Assembly (NCBI GenBank): GCA_903834625.1
Contig: CAILJQ010000002.1
Coordinates: forward strand, 2,980 to 66,979
Direction of reading: 5' to 3'
DNA from: an uncultured Bacteroidota bacterium
Lineage (GTDB): Bacteria > Bacteroidota > Bacteroidia > UKL13-3
Length of the DNA: 64,000 bases
In this document: one piece after another, positions 18,883 through 28,565 of the stretch
How positions within the stretch are numbered: position 1 is the stretch's first letter
Layout: each line of letters opens with the position of its first letter
Notes under the pieces: model-generated
What the model was told of the DNA's origin: nothing
The model's database searches: none
Seen by the model: only the letters and a program-made list of their open reading frames with translations
Position numbers and translations under genes: made by a program

Positions 18883-19842
18883 ATGATTATTACAGATATT
18901 CAATTGGCTGCAGACCTACTCCAAAAAGGCGAGTTGGTTGCTATTCCTACTGAGACTGTATATGGTTTGGCGGCCAATGGCTTTGATGGTAATGCTATTG
19001 CAAAAATTTATGAGGTAAAAAATAGGCCTCAATTTAACCCCCTAATTTTACATAGTAATAGTTGGGAAAAGTTCACTTCTTGGGGTTTAGAATTACCAAA
19101 GGAAGCATTAAAAGTTGCGGATAAATTTTCACCAGGACCACTCACTTTTGTGGTTCCAAAATCAAATAAGGTTCCAGATATTATTACTGCCGGACATACA
19201 AGTGTGGCCATAAGAATTCCCAACCATGCGGTAACGCTATCCCTTCTTTCAAAACTAGTTTTTCCTCTTGCGGCACCAAGTGCTAATTTATCTGGAACCG
19301 TAAGTCCAACTCAAGCTATCCATGTTGAAAAGCAGTTAGGTGGATTGATAGGAGCTGTTTTGGAGGGCGGTGAATGCCATATTGGACTTGAATCTACCAT
19401 TATTTCTTTTGTGAATCCTCAGCAGCCAAAACTCCTTCGTTTGGGAGGATTAAGTGTGGAAGAAATAGAAGATACATTAGGGTTCAAATTGAAAAAAGAT
19501 TCTCTGTTAAACAACGAGAATCCGCAAGCACCAGGAATGCTTTCTAGGCACTACGCACCAAAAACGCCAATGGCATTAGGACTGCCCAATGACCTACCAA
19601 ATCATCTGCCTATTGAAGATTTGGCTTGTATTCGGTTCAGCCGGTATTTACCAGAAATTCCAATAAATAACCAGATTATTTTAAGCGAATCAGGAGATTT
19701 GAATGAGGCTGCTCAAAAATTATTTTCTGCAATAAGGAAGGCAGACGAAATGAACAAAAAGTTGATTGTAGCAGAGATTTTTCCAGATGAACATTTGGGT
19801 CGTGCCATAAACGACCGTTTGAGGAGAGCCTCTATAGGATAG
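18883..19842 (+). CDS. tsaC: L-threonylcarbamoyladenylate synthase (Sua5/TsaC-type, with C-terminal Sua5 domain)
   Basis: N-terminal YrdC fold (ELVAIPTETVYGLAANGFD; KNRPQFNPLILH). The 319-aa length implies the extra Sua5 C-terminal domain. Confidence 0.85.
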   Translation: MIITDIQLAADLLQKGELVAIPTETVYGLAANGFDGNAIAKIYEVKNRPQFNPLILHSNSWEKFTSWGLELPKEALKVADKFSPGPLTFVVPKSNKVPDIITAGHTSVAIRIPNHAVTLSLLSKLVFPLAAPSANLSGTVSPTQAIHVEKQLGGLIGAVLEGGECHIGLESTIISFVNPQQPKLLRLGGLSVEEIEDTLGFKLKKDSLLNNENPQAPGMLSRHYAPKTPMALGLPNDLPNHLPIEDLACIRFSRYLPEIPINNQIILSESGDLNEAAQKLFSAIRKADEMNKKLIVAEIFPDEHLGRAINDRLRRASIG

Positions 19843-19845
19843 CCT

Positions 19846-20709
19846 TTAATTTTCAATGAGCCCGGGTTGTTTTTCCCAAACCCCATTCTTCCACATCAAT
19901 ACATCAAAGCTCCCATCAGGGTAGTAATGCTCAAACAAGGCGGCATTAGAGGGTTTATCGGGCACAATATTTTCATACATCAGTATTTTCCTTTTTTCAT
20001 CATAACGCAAGGCCATGGTGGCTTGGTTATTAAATTGGAATACCATGCGGTAAAAAACTTGTTTGCGTTTTAGGTCGAATATTCTTGCACCAAAAACGGG
20101 CTGACCTTCACGGAAAGTAATTACATCGGCCACTTTTCTGTTGATGAGCGAATCTGCACCATCCCAGCCCAATACGGTGTAATAATCTTTTTTATTATAA
20201 GTATTCTTGAGCACTTTATAATAGGTTGCGCCAAACCAATGGGAGGCATCTGTTTCTCTGAACAAATAATTATCTATGCTGTCGCTGCGATCAATGAGCG
20301 GATAGAAATTCTGAAACAATTCTTCTTTTTTATTCAGTTTAGCCAATTTTTCAGGATTCATTTGAATGACACCAAAATACCTAAATTTTTCGTCGTTGGT
20401 GGCTACGTTCCAAGTGAATATTCTAAACAAATCGTCGGGTGCATGAACAATCATAAGATTTTTCAATGAGTCGAAAGGGTAATAATAAGACCCCTCTATG
20501 CGCAAGGCTCTTCCCATTTGTCTGATAAAATTTCTTCCAGAAGTGATGCGCACTTCTTCATCAAAATTACGGACCATATTATAACTCAATCCGCTTAACC
20601 TTAACTCATAATCATGCAATGAATCCCACAGCAAACTATCAATTTTCTGCGCATTTACTTGTGTACCTAGTGCAAGTAGAATCAAAAGGAATTTGAAATA
20701 TTTCATCAT
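19846..20709 (-). CDS. Secreted hypothetical protein
   Basis: Signal peptide MMKYFKFLLILLALGTQVNAQ, which is the likely start; the ORF track extends to 20769. No recognisable motif. It is convergent with tsaC, with a 3-nt gap. Confidence 0.55.
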   Translation of the reverse strand: MMKYFKFLLILLALGTQVNAQKIDSLLWDSLHDYELRLSGLSYNMVRNFDEEVRITSGRNFIRQMGRALRIEGSYYYPFDSLKNLMIVHAPDDLFRIFTWNVATNDEKFRYFGVIQMNPEKLAKLNKKEELFQNFYPLIDRSDSIDNYLFRETDASHWFGATYYKVLKNTYNKKDYYTVLGWDGADSLINRKVADVITFREGQPVFGARIFDLKRKQVFYRMVFQFNNQATMALRYDEKRKILMYENIVPDKPSNAALFEHYYPDGSFDVLMWKNGVWEKQPGLIEN

Positions 20710-20743
20710 TTGGCAAACGATTTTGTAGAGGAAAAGGTATAAA

Positions 20744-20800
20744 AAAGCCGCAAAATCTAGGAAAACCAATTAGGCTTAAAGACTTTGCGGCTTAAAGATA
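20744..20800 (-). terminator. Possible terminator for the thiolase gene: a 10-bp stem with a large loop followed by a U-run
   Basis: AAGCCGCAAA (20745-20754) pairs with TTTGCGGCTT (20784-20793). On the minus-strand transcript a T6 run follows the hairpin. The 30-nt loop makes it atypical. Confidence 0.35.
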
Positions 20801-20801
20801 A

Positions 20802-21983
20802 TTATTTTACAGCTTCAATCACAATAGCAGAAGCGCCACCACCGCCATTACAAATACCAGTAACACCATAGCGTTTACCTTCTTGTTGCAACTGATGGGC
20901 AAGCGTAACCAAAATTCTTGAACCAGAGCTACCCAATGGGTGACCAAGGGCAACGGCTCCTCCACGAGGATTTACTTTCTTGGCATCAAGACCCATGATT
21001 TGAGTATTAACCAAACCAACCACAGAAAATGCCTCGTTTAATTCAAAACTATCAACATCTTTGATATCCACTCCAGCCATTTTAAGTGCTTTAGGGACAG
21101 CCAAAGATGGCGCGGTGGTAAACCATTCAGGTGCATGTGCCGCATCTCCAAATCCAATAATTTGAGCCATTGGTTTCAAACCAAGTTCTTTCACCTTTTC
21201 CTCACTCATTAAGACCAATGCACTTGCTCCATCGTTCAATTTAGAAGCATTGGCAGCAGTTACTGTACCTTCTTTTTCAAAAGCCGGACGAAGGGTTTTC
21301 ATTTTATCAAAATTCACTTTGAGGTATTCTTCATCTACACTTACCACTATTGGATCTTTACCTCTCACAGGAATTTCAACTGAAACCAATTCATTCGCAA
21401 AGGCATTGTTTGCATAGGCTGCTTGGGCTCTGGTATAACTTTCAACCGCAAAAGCATCTTGGTCTTCACGACTAATTTTATATTCTCTTGCACACAATTC
21501 AGCGGCTGAACCCATGTGGTAATCATTGTATACATCCCACAAACCATCTTTCACCATACCATCTAAAACGGTACCATGACCGAGGCGGTAACCATTACGT
21601 GCCTTATCTAAATAATAAGGAATATTACTCATGCTTTCCATTCCTCCTGCAACCACTATATCGTTTATTCCTAACATAATGCTTTGGGCAGCCATCATTA
21701 CAGCTTTAGAGCCAGATGCGCACACTTTGTTTACGATAGTTGCTGGAACTGTATTTGGAATTCCTGCGTAAATCATGGCTTGGGTAGCTGGTGCCTGACC
21801 CATACCTGCAGAAATAACATTTCCCATAAAAACTTCTTCAACCATTTCTGGCGAAATTCCGGCTTTGGCCAAAGCACCTTTGATAGCTACAGCGCCTAGT
21901 TGAGGAGCAGTAACCGCAGCAAGGCTGCCATTAAAAGCACCGATTGGAGTACGTGTTGCAGACACGATATAAACCTTTTTCAT
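20802..21983 (-). CDS. Acetyl-CoA C-acetyltransferase (thiolase II)
   Basis: Thiolase N-terminus MKKVYIVSATRTPIGAFNGS. An active-site Cys region (VNKVCASGSKAV) and the C-terminal GICNGGGGASA thiolase signature. Start chosen at MKKVYIV; the ORF track extends 66 nt upstream. Confidence 0.9.
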   Translation of the reverse strand: MKKVYIVSATRTPIGAFNGSLAAVTAPQLGAVAIKGALAKAGISPEMVEEVFMGNVISAGMGQAPATQAMIYAGIPNTVPATIVNKVCASGSKAVMMAAQSIMLGINDIVVAGGMESMSNIPYYLDKARNGYRLGHGTVLDGMVKDGLWDVYNDYHMGSAAELCAREYKISREDQDAFAVESYTRAQAAYANNAFANELVSVEIPVRGKDPIVVSVDEEYLKVNFDKMKTLRPAFEKEGTVTAANASKLNDGASALVLMSEEKVKELGLKPMAQIIGFGDAAHAPEWFTTAPSLAVPKALKMAGVDIKDVDSFELNEAFSVVGLVNTQIMGLDAKKVNPRGGAVALGHPLGSSGSRILVTLAHQLQQEGKRYGVTGICNGGGGASAIVIEAVK

Positions 21984-22008
21984 ACGAATTATATTAATTT
22001 TGGTGAGG

Positions 22009-22016
22009 CAAATGTA
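22009..22016 (-). promoter_or_regulatory. Candidate -7 box TACATTTG for the thiolase gene
   Basis: The minus-strand sequence reads TACATTTG 25 nt upstream of the ATG at 21983. It lies within the 64-bp divergent region shared with the gene at 22048. Confidence 0.35.
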
Positions 22017-22047
22017 GGATTCACAAGTCAACGAACAAATCAATTTC

Positions 22048-22767
22048 ATGAGAAGAGCATACCTTTATGGTGATTTACTATTCGAAACAATTCTGGCATC
22101 TGGAGGTAAAATACCCCATATACTCCGTCATTACAAGCGTTTAGCACATGGCGCACAGGCACTGAAATTTGATTTATGTGGGTTAAATGAGGAAAAGTTC
22201 GTTGAAGTTTTGGAACATGAATTGGGTGAATTTCTACTTAAAAACCCACATTCAAAGGCTCAAAGAATGCGCTTTGTGTTATACAGAACTGCTGAAGGGC
22301 TTTATTTACCGCAAAACCACGAAACCCAATTTGAGGTGGAAATAGCTAATTTTGAAATATCCAATGAATACAAGGCCATAAAAGGAGCGGTGTACCTTGA
22401 GCAACAAAAGGCACCAGGACCCCTTTCTAATTTGAAAACGGGAAATGCACTTATTTATGTGATGGCAAAAATTTGGGCTCAAGAGAATGAACTAGAAGAT
22501 GCCTTAATTACCAATACCTCAGAAGAAATTATTGAGGCAAGTTCCAGCAATATCTTTTGGCATAAAAATAATCATTGGTTCACACCACCTTTAAATGCAG
22601 GCTGTATAGCCGGAATTGGCAGGGAATTATTTATGGAGCAAGTAGAGGTTCAAGAAAAAAAATGTATGTATACAGACCTTTTACTGGCAGACAAAATCAT
22701 ATTAACGAATGCTCTGGTGCCACAAAGACCTTTTCTTTTGGCCGAGAAACAATTCATAAAAGAATGA
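22048..22767 (+). CDS. Class IV aminotransferase-fold protein, aminodeoxychorismate-lyase (PabC)-like
   Basis: N-terminal GDLLFETI (compare GDGVFET) and an SSNIFW block characteristic of the PabC/D-amino-acid aminotransferase fold. 239 aa. Confidence 0.55.
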   Translation: MRRAYLYGDLLFETILASGGKIPHILRHYKRLAHGAQALKFDLCGLNEEKFVEVLEHELGEFLLKNPHSKAQRMRFVLYRTAEGLYLPQNHETQFEVEIANFEISNEYKAIKGAVYLEQQKAPGPLSNLKTGNALIYVMAKIWAQENELEDALITNTSEEIIEASSSNIFWHKNNHWFTPPLNAGCIAGIGRELFMEQVEVQEKKCMYTDLLLADKIILTNALVPQRPFLLAEKQFIKE

Positions 22768-22825
22768 AAAGACAAATCTCAGTCGTAAATCTCAACCTTC
22801 AATCAAATTCTTATCTTCGCAACCT

Positions 22826-24985
22826 ATGAAGAAAATCTTATTAACTTTCATTTTTACAAGTATTGTATTGGTTTTTAGTAGTCACAAAGCAGACGAGGGA
22901 ATGTTTCCTATGTCTGAGGTGAAAAACATTGACCTCAAAAAAGCGGGTTTAAGAATGGAGCCCATTGACTTATACAACCCAAATGGAGTAAGTTTGGTAG
23001 ATGCCATTGTACGTGTTGGTGGTTGTACAGGGTCTTTTGTTTCTTCCGATGGCTTAATGGTAACAAATCATCATTGTGCTTTTGGTTTTGTGGCTGCCAT
23101 GAGTACGGTTCAAAACAACTATATTAAAAATGGCTTTTTGGCCAAGGATAAAGCCGGAGAAGCTCAAGCAAAAGGCCTTGTATGTAAGATTACTGCCAGC
23201 TATGCAGATGTATCGGATCAGGTATTAATGGGAACCCAAAGCACCAATGATCCAGTTCAACGCTTACAAATCATTGCCACAAATATTAAACGCATAACAG
23301 AAGAAGAAAACAAAAAGAACCCTGGCCTTCAATGTGAGGTGTCTGAAATGTTTACTGGCAAGACTTATGTGTTGTTCCGTTATCAATTACTCAAAGATGT
23401 GCGTATAGTTTATGTTCCTGCGCGTAGTATTGGCGAATATGGAGGGGAGAAAGACAATTGGGTATGGCCTCGTCACAGTGGCGATTTTGCCTTTTTACGC
23501 GCATATGTAGCTCCTGATGGTTCTGCAGCAGAATATAGCCCCAACAATGTTCCTTTTAAGCCTAAAAAATTCTTGAAAATTAACAGCAAAGGAATCAATG
23601 AAAACGACTTTGTATTTATTTTAGGATATCCTGGTAGGACCTTCAGAAATCAGCCAGCTTCATTTTATAAATACCATGAAAACTATATGCTTAAGTATGT
23701 AAGTGATTTGTTTGATTGGCAAATTAACAAAATGGAAGAGATGGGTAAAAACAGTGATAGCTTGCAAATTAAATATGCTGGTAAAATTAAATCTTTGGCC
23801 AATACTACTAAGAACTATAAAGGCAAACTACAAGGCTTTAGAAGGGTTGGTTTGACCCAAAAGAAATTTGAGGAAGAAAAACGCATGCAGGCTTTTTTGG
23901 AATCAGACCCTAACCTAAATAAACAATATGGTAAAGTATTACCAGAGATTAATAAACTTTACGACGATATCATCAATAATGCACCTAGGAATTTATTTTT
24001 TGACTATGTATACAATGTAGCTCCGACCCTACAAATGGCTGCAGCTATTGACAATTATGCCTTAGCTTACAGAGAAGCTGGAGGAAAAACAGAAAAGCAA
24101 AATTTCTTAAGTATTCAGGTTCCTAAATTAAAAGTGTTATTCCAAAAATTATATGGCCAAATGGATCCTGAATTTGAAATTGCTGGCTTGTTAAAAATGT
24201 TTGAAGATGCACACCAAAATGATGGAAATAATAAGGTTTCGGCCATTGAGAATTTTTATAAAGAAAACCCTACCGCAGAAGCGCGTGAAAAAGCCATTCG
24301 TTTATGGTACAAAAAAACTAAGTTAAGTGACAAAGACTTTATGCTGAAATTATTGGCCGATAGCTCTGCTGCATTTACTAAATTAAAGTATGGAATGCTT
24401 CAGATTGGCCATGACATTAATTTAGAGATGAACTATTACGACCAAATAGATAGAAAAAGAGAAGGTCAACTCAACGCTTTATTGGGAAGGTACGCCGATG
24501 CTAAAAGCGCATACCAACAAAAGCAATTTATACCAGATGCTAACGGAACTTTGCGATTCACCTATGGATTTATAAGAGGTTATTACCCTAATGATGGAGA
24601 ATACAACAAACCATTTACCACGCTAACAGGTGTAATAGAAAAAGAAGATAAGGTTGATTATGAGTTATTAGATGCAATTAAAGAATTATATGCCGCTAAG
24701 GATTACGGTGCATTTTTACATCCTGGCTTAAATGATTTACCGGTTAACTTCTTATACAATTTAGATACAACGGGCGGAAATAGTGGAAGTCCGGTAATGG
24801 ATGCAGATGGTAGCTTAGTGGGTGTTAATTTTGATAGGGCATATACAGCCACTATCAATGATTATGCATGGAATGAAGCCTATAGTAGAAGTGTTGCAGT
24901 TGACATTAGGTATGTACTTTGGACAGTGCAAAAAGTTGCCAAAGCAGACCATTTATTACAAGAAATGAATATTTCCACTCCATAG
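22826..24985 (+). CDS. S46-family dipeptidyl-peptidase (DPP7/DPP11-like), secreted
   Basis: Signal peptide. Catalytic His region VTNHHCAF, Asp region and Ser motif TGGNSGSPV. These are the hallmarks of peptidase family S46. The 719-aa length fits. Confidence 0.85.
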   Translation: MKKILLTFIFTSIVLVFSSHKADEGMFPMSEVKNIDLKKAGLRMEPIDLYNPNGVSLVDAIVRVGGCTGSFVSSDGLMVTNHHCAFGFVAAMSTVQNNYIKNGFLAKDKAGEAQAKGLVCKITASYADVSDQVLMGTQSTNDPVQRLQIIATNIKRITEEENKKNPGLQCEVSEMFTGKTYVLFRYQLLKDVRIVYVPARSIGEYGGEKDNWVWPRHSGDFAFLRAYVAPDGSAAEYSPNNVPFKPKKFLKINSKGINENDFVFILGYPGRTFRNQPASFYKYHENYMLKYVSDLFDWQINKMEEMGKNSDSLQIKYAGKIKSLANTTKNYKGKLQGFRRVGLTQKKFEEEKRMQAFLESDPNLNKQYGKVLPEINKLYDDIINNAPRNLFFDYVYNVAPTLQMAAAIDNYALAYREAGGKTEKQNFLSIQVPKLKVLFQKLYGQMDPEFEIAGLLKMFEDAHQNDGNNKVSAIENFYKENPTAEAREKAIRLWYKKTKLSDKDFMLKLLADSSAAFTKLKYGMLQIGHDINLEMNYYDQIDRKREGQLNALLGRYADAKSAYQQKQFIPDANGTLRFTYGFIRGYYPNDGEYNKPFTTLTGVIEKEDKVDYELLDAIKELYAAKDYGAFLHPGLNDLPVNFLYNLDTTGGNSGSPVMDADGSLVGVNFDRAYTATINDYAWNEAYSRSVAVDIRYVLWTVQKVAKADHLLQEMNISTP

Positions 24986-24995
24986 GCTTTTTTGA

Positions 24996-25907
24996 ATGAG
25001 AGTAGTTTTTTTAGGAACACCAGATTTTGCTGTTGCGTCGTTACATGCAATATTAGATGCGGGTTTTGAAGTTGTAGGTGTAATAACCGCGCCAGATAAA
25101 CCCGCAGGAAGAGGCATGCAATTGCAATTTTCACCAGTGAAAAAATATGCAATAGACCATGGCCTGAAAGTTTTACAGCCTGAAAAGTTAAGAGACCCTC
25201 TGTTTTTGCAAGAGCTTAAAAATTTGCAAGCCGACCTTCAAGTAGTGATTGCCTTTAGAATGCTACCAGAGGTTGTTTGGAATATGCCTCCATTAGGTAC
25301 AATTAATTTGCATGCTTCTTTATTACCAGATTATAGAGGCGCCGCGCCTATTAATTGGGCAATTATTCAGGGTGAAAAAGAAAGTGGTGTTTCAACCTTT
25401 TTCCTAAAGCATGAAATAGACAGTGGGGATTTGTTATTAAAAGAATCGTGCGAAATTGGCGATGATACCACAGCGGGTGAATTACATGACACCCTAATGC
25501 ATCTGGGTGCACAGGTAATTGTAAAATCACTCAAGTTAATTGAGTCGGGTCAAAGCAAGGGTATACCCCAACAAGAAGGTTCCGGAAAGATTGCTCCTAA
25601 AATTTTTAAAGAACACTGCCTCATCAATTGGGAGCAGGAGGGTAAAAATATCATTAATTTGATTAGGGGAATGAACCCCTACCCTGCTGCTTGGTTTATG
25701 TTAGATGGCAAAATAGTGAAAGTATTTGCTGCGGTATTTGAAAGAGAAAATCACGAACTTCCAACAGGGCAAATAGTAAGTGATGGAAAAACTTATTTGA
25801 AGGTGACTTGTGCAAATGGTTTTATACATTTAAACCAGCTTCAAATGGAATCTAAAAAACGTATGGAGGTTCAAGAATTTTTAAGAGGGTATAAGTTGCC
25901 TGCATGA
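24996..25907 (+). CDS. fmt: Methionyl-tRNA formyltransferase
   Basis: MRVVFLGTPDFAVASL N-terminus, the HASLLPDYRGAAPINWAI formyltransferase motif and the C-terminal Fmt domain. Confidence 0.9.
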   Translation: MRVVFLGTPDFAVASLHAILDAGFEVVGVITAPDKPAGRGMQLQFSPVKKYAIDHGLKVLQPEKLRDPLFLQELKNLQADLQVVIAFRMLPEVVWNMPPLGTINLHASLLPDYRGAAPINWAIIQGEKESGVSTFFLKHEIDSGDLLLKESCEIGDDTTAGELHDTLMHLGAQVIVKSLKLIESGQSKGIPQQEGSGKIAPKIFKEHCLINWEQEGKNIINLIRGMNPYPAAWFMLDGKIVKVFAAVFERENHELPTGQIVSDGKTYLKVTCANGFIHLNQLQMESKKRMEVQEFLRGYKLPA

Positions 25908-26452
25908 GAGCCATTTTAATTGCAATCGTATTCCTTATGCCTTTAATGGCAATGAGTCAACGACTTGAAACACCCTTTTTTTACAAAAAGGAAATCAAGT
26001 TTCAAGGACTAGGTTTGGCTTACGGTTCATTTAATATGCATTATGAGAAATACAGCAGCAAAGGCAATTCCATAAATGTAAATGCTTATGTATTTGATTT
26101 CTTATACGCCAAAGAATTAAAAGGTTTTGGCATTGCGGCAGGGTATAGAGATTATTTTACCCCACAATTGGCCTCTAGTTATTTTCTTGAGCCTTTTATT
26201 AAATATCAATACATGGTTGAGAAAGGATGGAACAACAGCTATGTTTTTAACACCAATTCTATTGGCATTGTGTTAGGAAGAAAATTGGTAATAATGGATA
26301 GGCTAACCCTAGAGTTTTACCTTGGGCCAAGCGTAAATTTTGGTTTCTTTAAAGAGGGCTATAAAAACAGCCAACTAATGCAAGAGTGGATTGGCCCCAT
26401 CAATGGAATTTTTATACGTTCTGGGTTAAATATTGGTTATAGATTTAACTAG
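25904..26452 (+). CDS. Hypothetical outer-membrane protein (putative small beta-barrel). First of two tandem paralogs.
   Basis: Signal peptide MRAILIAIVFLMPLMAMSQ. Alternating-polarity strands. C-terminus ...NIGYRFN. Overlaps the fmt stop by 4 nt. Confidence 0.5.
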   Translation: MRAILIAIVFLMPLMAMSQRLETPFFYKKEIKFQGLGLAYGSFNMHYEKYSSKGNSINVNAYVFDFLYAKELKGFGIAAGYRDYFTPQLASSYFLEPFIKYQYMVEKGWNNSYVFNTNSIGIVLGRKLVIMDRLTLEFYLGPSVNFGFFKEGYKNSQLMQEWIGPINGIFIRSGLNIGYRFN

Positions 26453-26453
26453 C

Positions 26454-27092
26454 ATGAAACAAGTAAAATCGACCCTACTTTTAATTATGTATTTGAGCCA
26501 ATTTAATAGCCTATTTGCTCAAGTAAAAAAGTTGGAAATAAGTCAAGTCAAAAACCACATGGTTAAAGTCAACATATTAAGTCCGTTTGTTGCCACCCTT
26601 AATGCGAGTCATGAATACACCTTTCACCCAAGATGGGGAGTAGAAAATGGACTGAGCATGACGCAACTTGTATTAGACAACAATGAAAAAAGATATACCG
26701 CTGTAAAAGGTTTTACCTATAGCCTCGATTTTAGAAATTATGAACTCAAAAAAGGCAAATTAAACGGCTGGTTCGATTCCTATTTTTTAAGATACAGTCA
26801 ATATGAATATAGACGTGTAAAGCAAGATTCGAGCACTGGCAACATTCTTATACCTATTAAGGAAAACATGGCTGGAGTTAGCATAGGATTTATTAAAGGT
26901 TACCGCAGAATTTATCAAAACAAATACCTTTTAGAGTGCTTTTTTGGGGCCTATCTTAGCAAGCCAATTAGGTATTCAAACAATGTGAGCGATGATTTGA
27001 TGAAACAATATGATGTAACCTCATTTAAGGAAAATCCGCTTACCAATGGATTTGGCATTAGGGCTGGAATAAAAGCTGGTTACTTGTTTTAG
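26454..27092 (+). CDS. Hypothetical outer-membrane protein (putative small beta-barrel). Second tandem paralog.
   Basis: Signal peptide MKQVKSTLLLIMYLSQFNSLFAQ. C-terminus ...GIKAGYLF with a terminal Phe. Starts 2 nt after the upstream paralog; the ORF-track start at 26433 overlaps it. Confidence 0.5.
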   Translation: MKQVKSTLLLIMYLSQFNSLFAQVKKLEISQVKNHMVKVNILSPFVATLNASHEYTFHPRWGVENGLSMTQLVLDNNEKRYTAVKGFTYSLDFRNYELKKGKLNGWFDSYFLRYSQYEYRRVKQDSSTGNILIPIKENMAGVSIGFIKGYRRIYQNKYLLECFFGAYLSKPIRYSNNVSDDLMKQYDVTSFKENPLTNGFGIRAGIKAGYLF

Positions 27093-28487
27093 TTAAAAGC
27101 CAACAGCCATTTTCATTTGGGTGTATACTTTGTATCCTTTGCTCTTTTCTCCGCTTACAACAGGAGACAATACAGACTCCATTAGACTATTTAATTTCAT
27201 TGGTATAAGTGATTCTCTTAAGGAAGTAAAATCTATTGCCTCCTTGTTAGAAACAAAAGTATATCCAATAGATTCTCCGGGCTCGTAGGTAATTACACAT
27301 TGTTCTTTGTAGTTCCTGCCTTTACCAACAATATAATAGGTCTTCTTCTCTGCCATTAACTCATCAAAAAATGTTTGGGCTTTGGCATTATATGCAGCAG
27401 GGTTGGTCTGAACCAAGCAGTACCCATCGCATATATTATGTTGCACTTGAATGCAGTCTGCTTTGTTGGTTTGGGAATTACATAATTTGGGACAAAGTCC
27501 GTATTGCTCTATGAGGCCATTTAGGTAATCTAAAGCTGCGGCATGTGTACTAAAAGTAACCAAAGGCTTTTGATCTTTTCTTACCTTATCAATTCCAAAA
27601 CGTATTTTGTTGTTTTGATCCAAATAATCAAACAAACCATACACCTGTTGAACCCTCTTTTGCGCGCGGTTTTCATCTGGCCAAAGTCGACGTATTTCAT
27701 GGCTTTCAAGTAAAATGGCTAATAATTCATTACCAGTTGGCGTATGACTAAATCCAAACACCTCACGCATGAAATTTTGTTTTTGCTTGCCTTTTAAATC
27801 TCCGCTAAAGTGAGTACCTACCCTACTTCTAATATTCTTTGCTTTCCCAACATAAACAGCCAAGCCTTTATCATTTACAAAATAATAAACACCTGGAGAT
27901 TTAGGCAATTTTTCAAAATCAGATTTATTTACATTAGGTGGCAATACTTGTTCTTTAGAGCCACGCTTCAATGAATCGTCGATATGATTTTCCAAGTCGT
28001 TTTTGAGCAGGTATTCAAAAAGTTTCACAGTAGCCAAGGCATCACCACCTGCGCGATGTCTATTTTCTAAATGAATCCCAAGTGCTGCACAAATATTTCC
28101 CAAGCTGTAAGAACGGTGACCAGGAACTATTTTCCTGCTTAACCTAACGGTACAGAGTTTTTTAACGTTTAAATCATAGCCACTTTCGAGCAATTGATTT
28201 TTGATAAAGCTATGATCGAAGTTTACATTGTGTGCAATGAAAATATTGTCTTTTAACAACTCAAATAACTGCTCTGCAATGGAGGCAAATTTGGGCGCAT
28301 TGGCAACCATTTCATTGCTAATACCAGTAAACGCCTGAATGTAAGGTGGTATAAGCATTTCTGGATGAACAAGTGTTTCGAAGTGGTTTACCACTTTTTC
28401 TCCATCATGGATAAAAACAGAAATTTCAGTAATTCTGTTCTGGGTGGCGTGGCCTCCCGTGGTTTCTATATCTACAATGGCATACAC
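27093..28487 (-). CDS. Fusion protein: DnaQ-like DEDDh 3'-5' exonuclease plus a GIY-YIG nuclease domain (Cho/UvrC-N-terminal-like)
   Basis: Exo I DIETTG, Exo II HNVNFD and Exo III HRAGGDAL in the first roughly 165 aa. This is followed by GVYYFVNDKGLAVYVGKAKNIRSRVGTHF (GIY-x10-YVG-KAKNIR). 464 aa. Confidence 0.8.
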   Translation of the reverse strand: MYAIVDIETTGGHATQNRITEISVFIHDGEKVVNHFETLVHPEMLIPPYIQAFTGISNEMVANAPKFASIAEQLFELLKDNIFIAHNVNFDHSFIKNQLLESGYDLNVKKLCTVRLSRKIVPGHRSYSLGNICAALGIHLENRHRAGGDALATVKLFEYLLKNDLENHIDDSLKRGSKEQVLPPNVNKSDFEKLPKSPGVYYFVNDKGLAVYVGKAKNIRSRVGTHFSGDLKGKQKQNFMREVFGFSHTPTGNELLAILLESHEIRRLWPDENRAQKRVQQVYGLFDYLDQNNKIRFGIDKVRKDQKPLVTFSTHAAALDYLNGLIEQYGLCPKLCNSQTNKADCIQVQHNICDGYCLVQTNPAAYNAKAQTFFDELMAEKKTYYIVGKGRNYKEQCVITYEPGESIGYTFVSNKEAIDFTSLRESLIPMKLNSLMESVLSPVVSGEKSKGYKVYTQMKMAVGF

Positions 28488-28565
28488 ACTACAAAAATAA
28501 AAAGGTAGCGTAAGAAGCCTTCTCCAATTTATTCACCATTTGCTGAATTGGTAAATTAAATTGGA

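Noticed and set aside
17882-22049. hbd and thiolase as a possible butyrate or PHB gene cluster.
   Set aside because: The two genes are 2 kb apart on opposite strands. They are separated by tsaC and a secreted hypothetical gene. No crotonase, butyryl-CoA dehydrogenase or phaC is present. I treated them as ordinary beta-oxidation or acetoacetyl-CoA metabolism.
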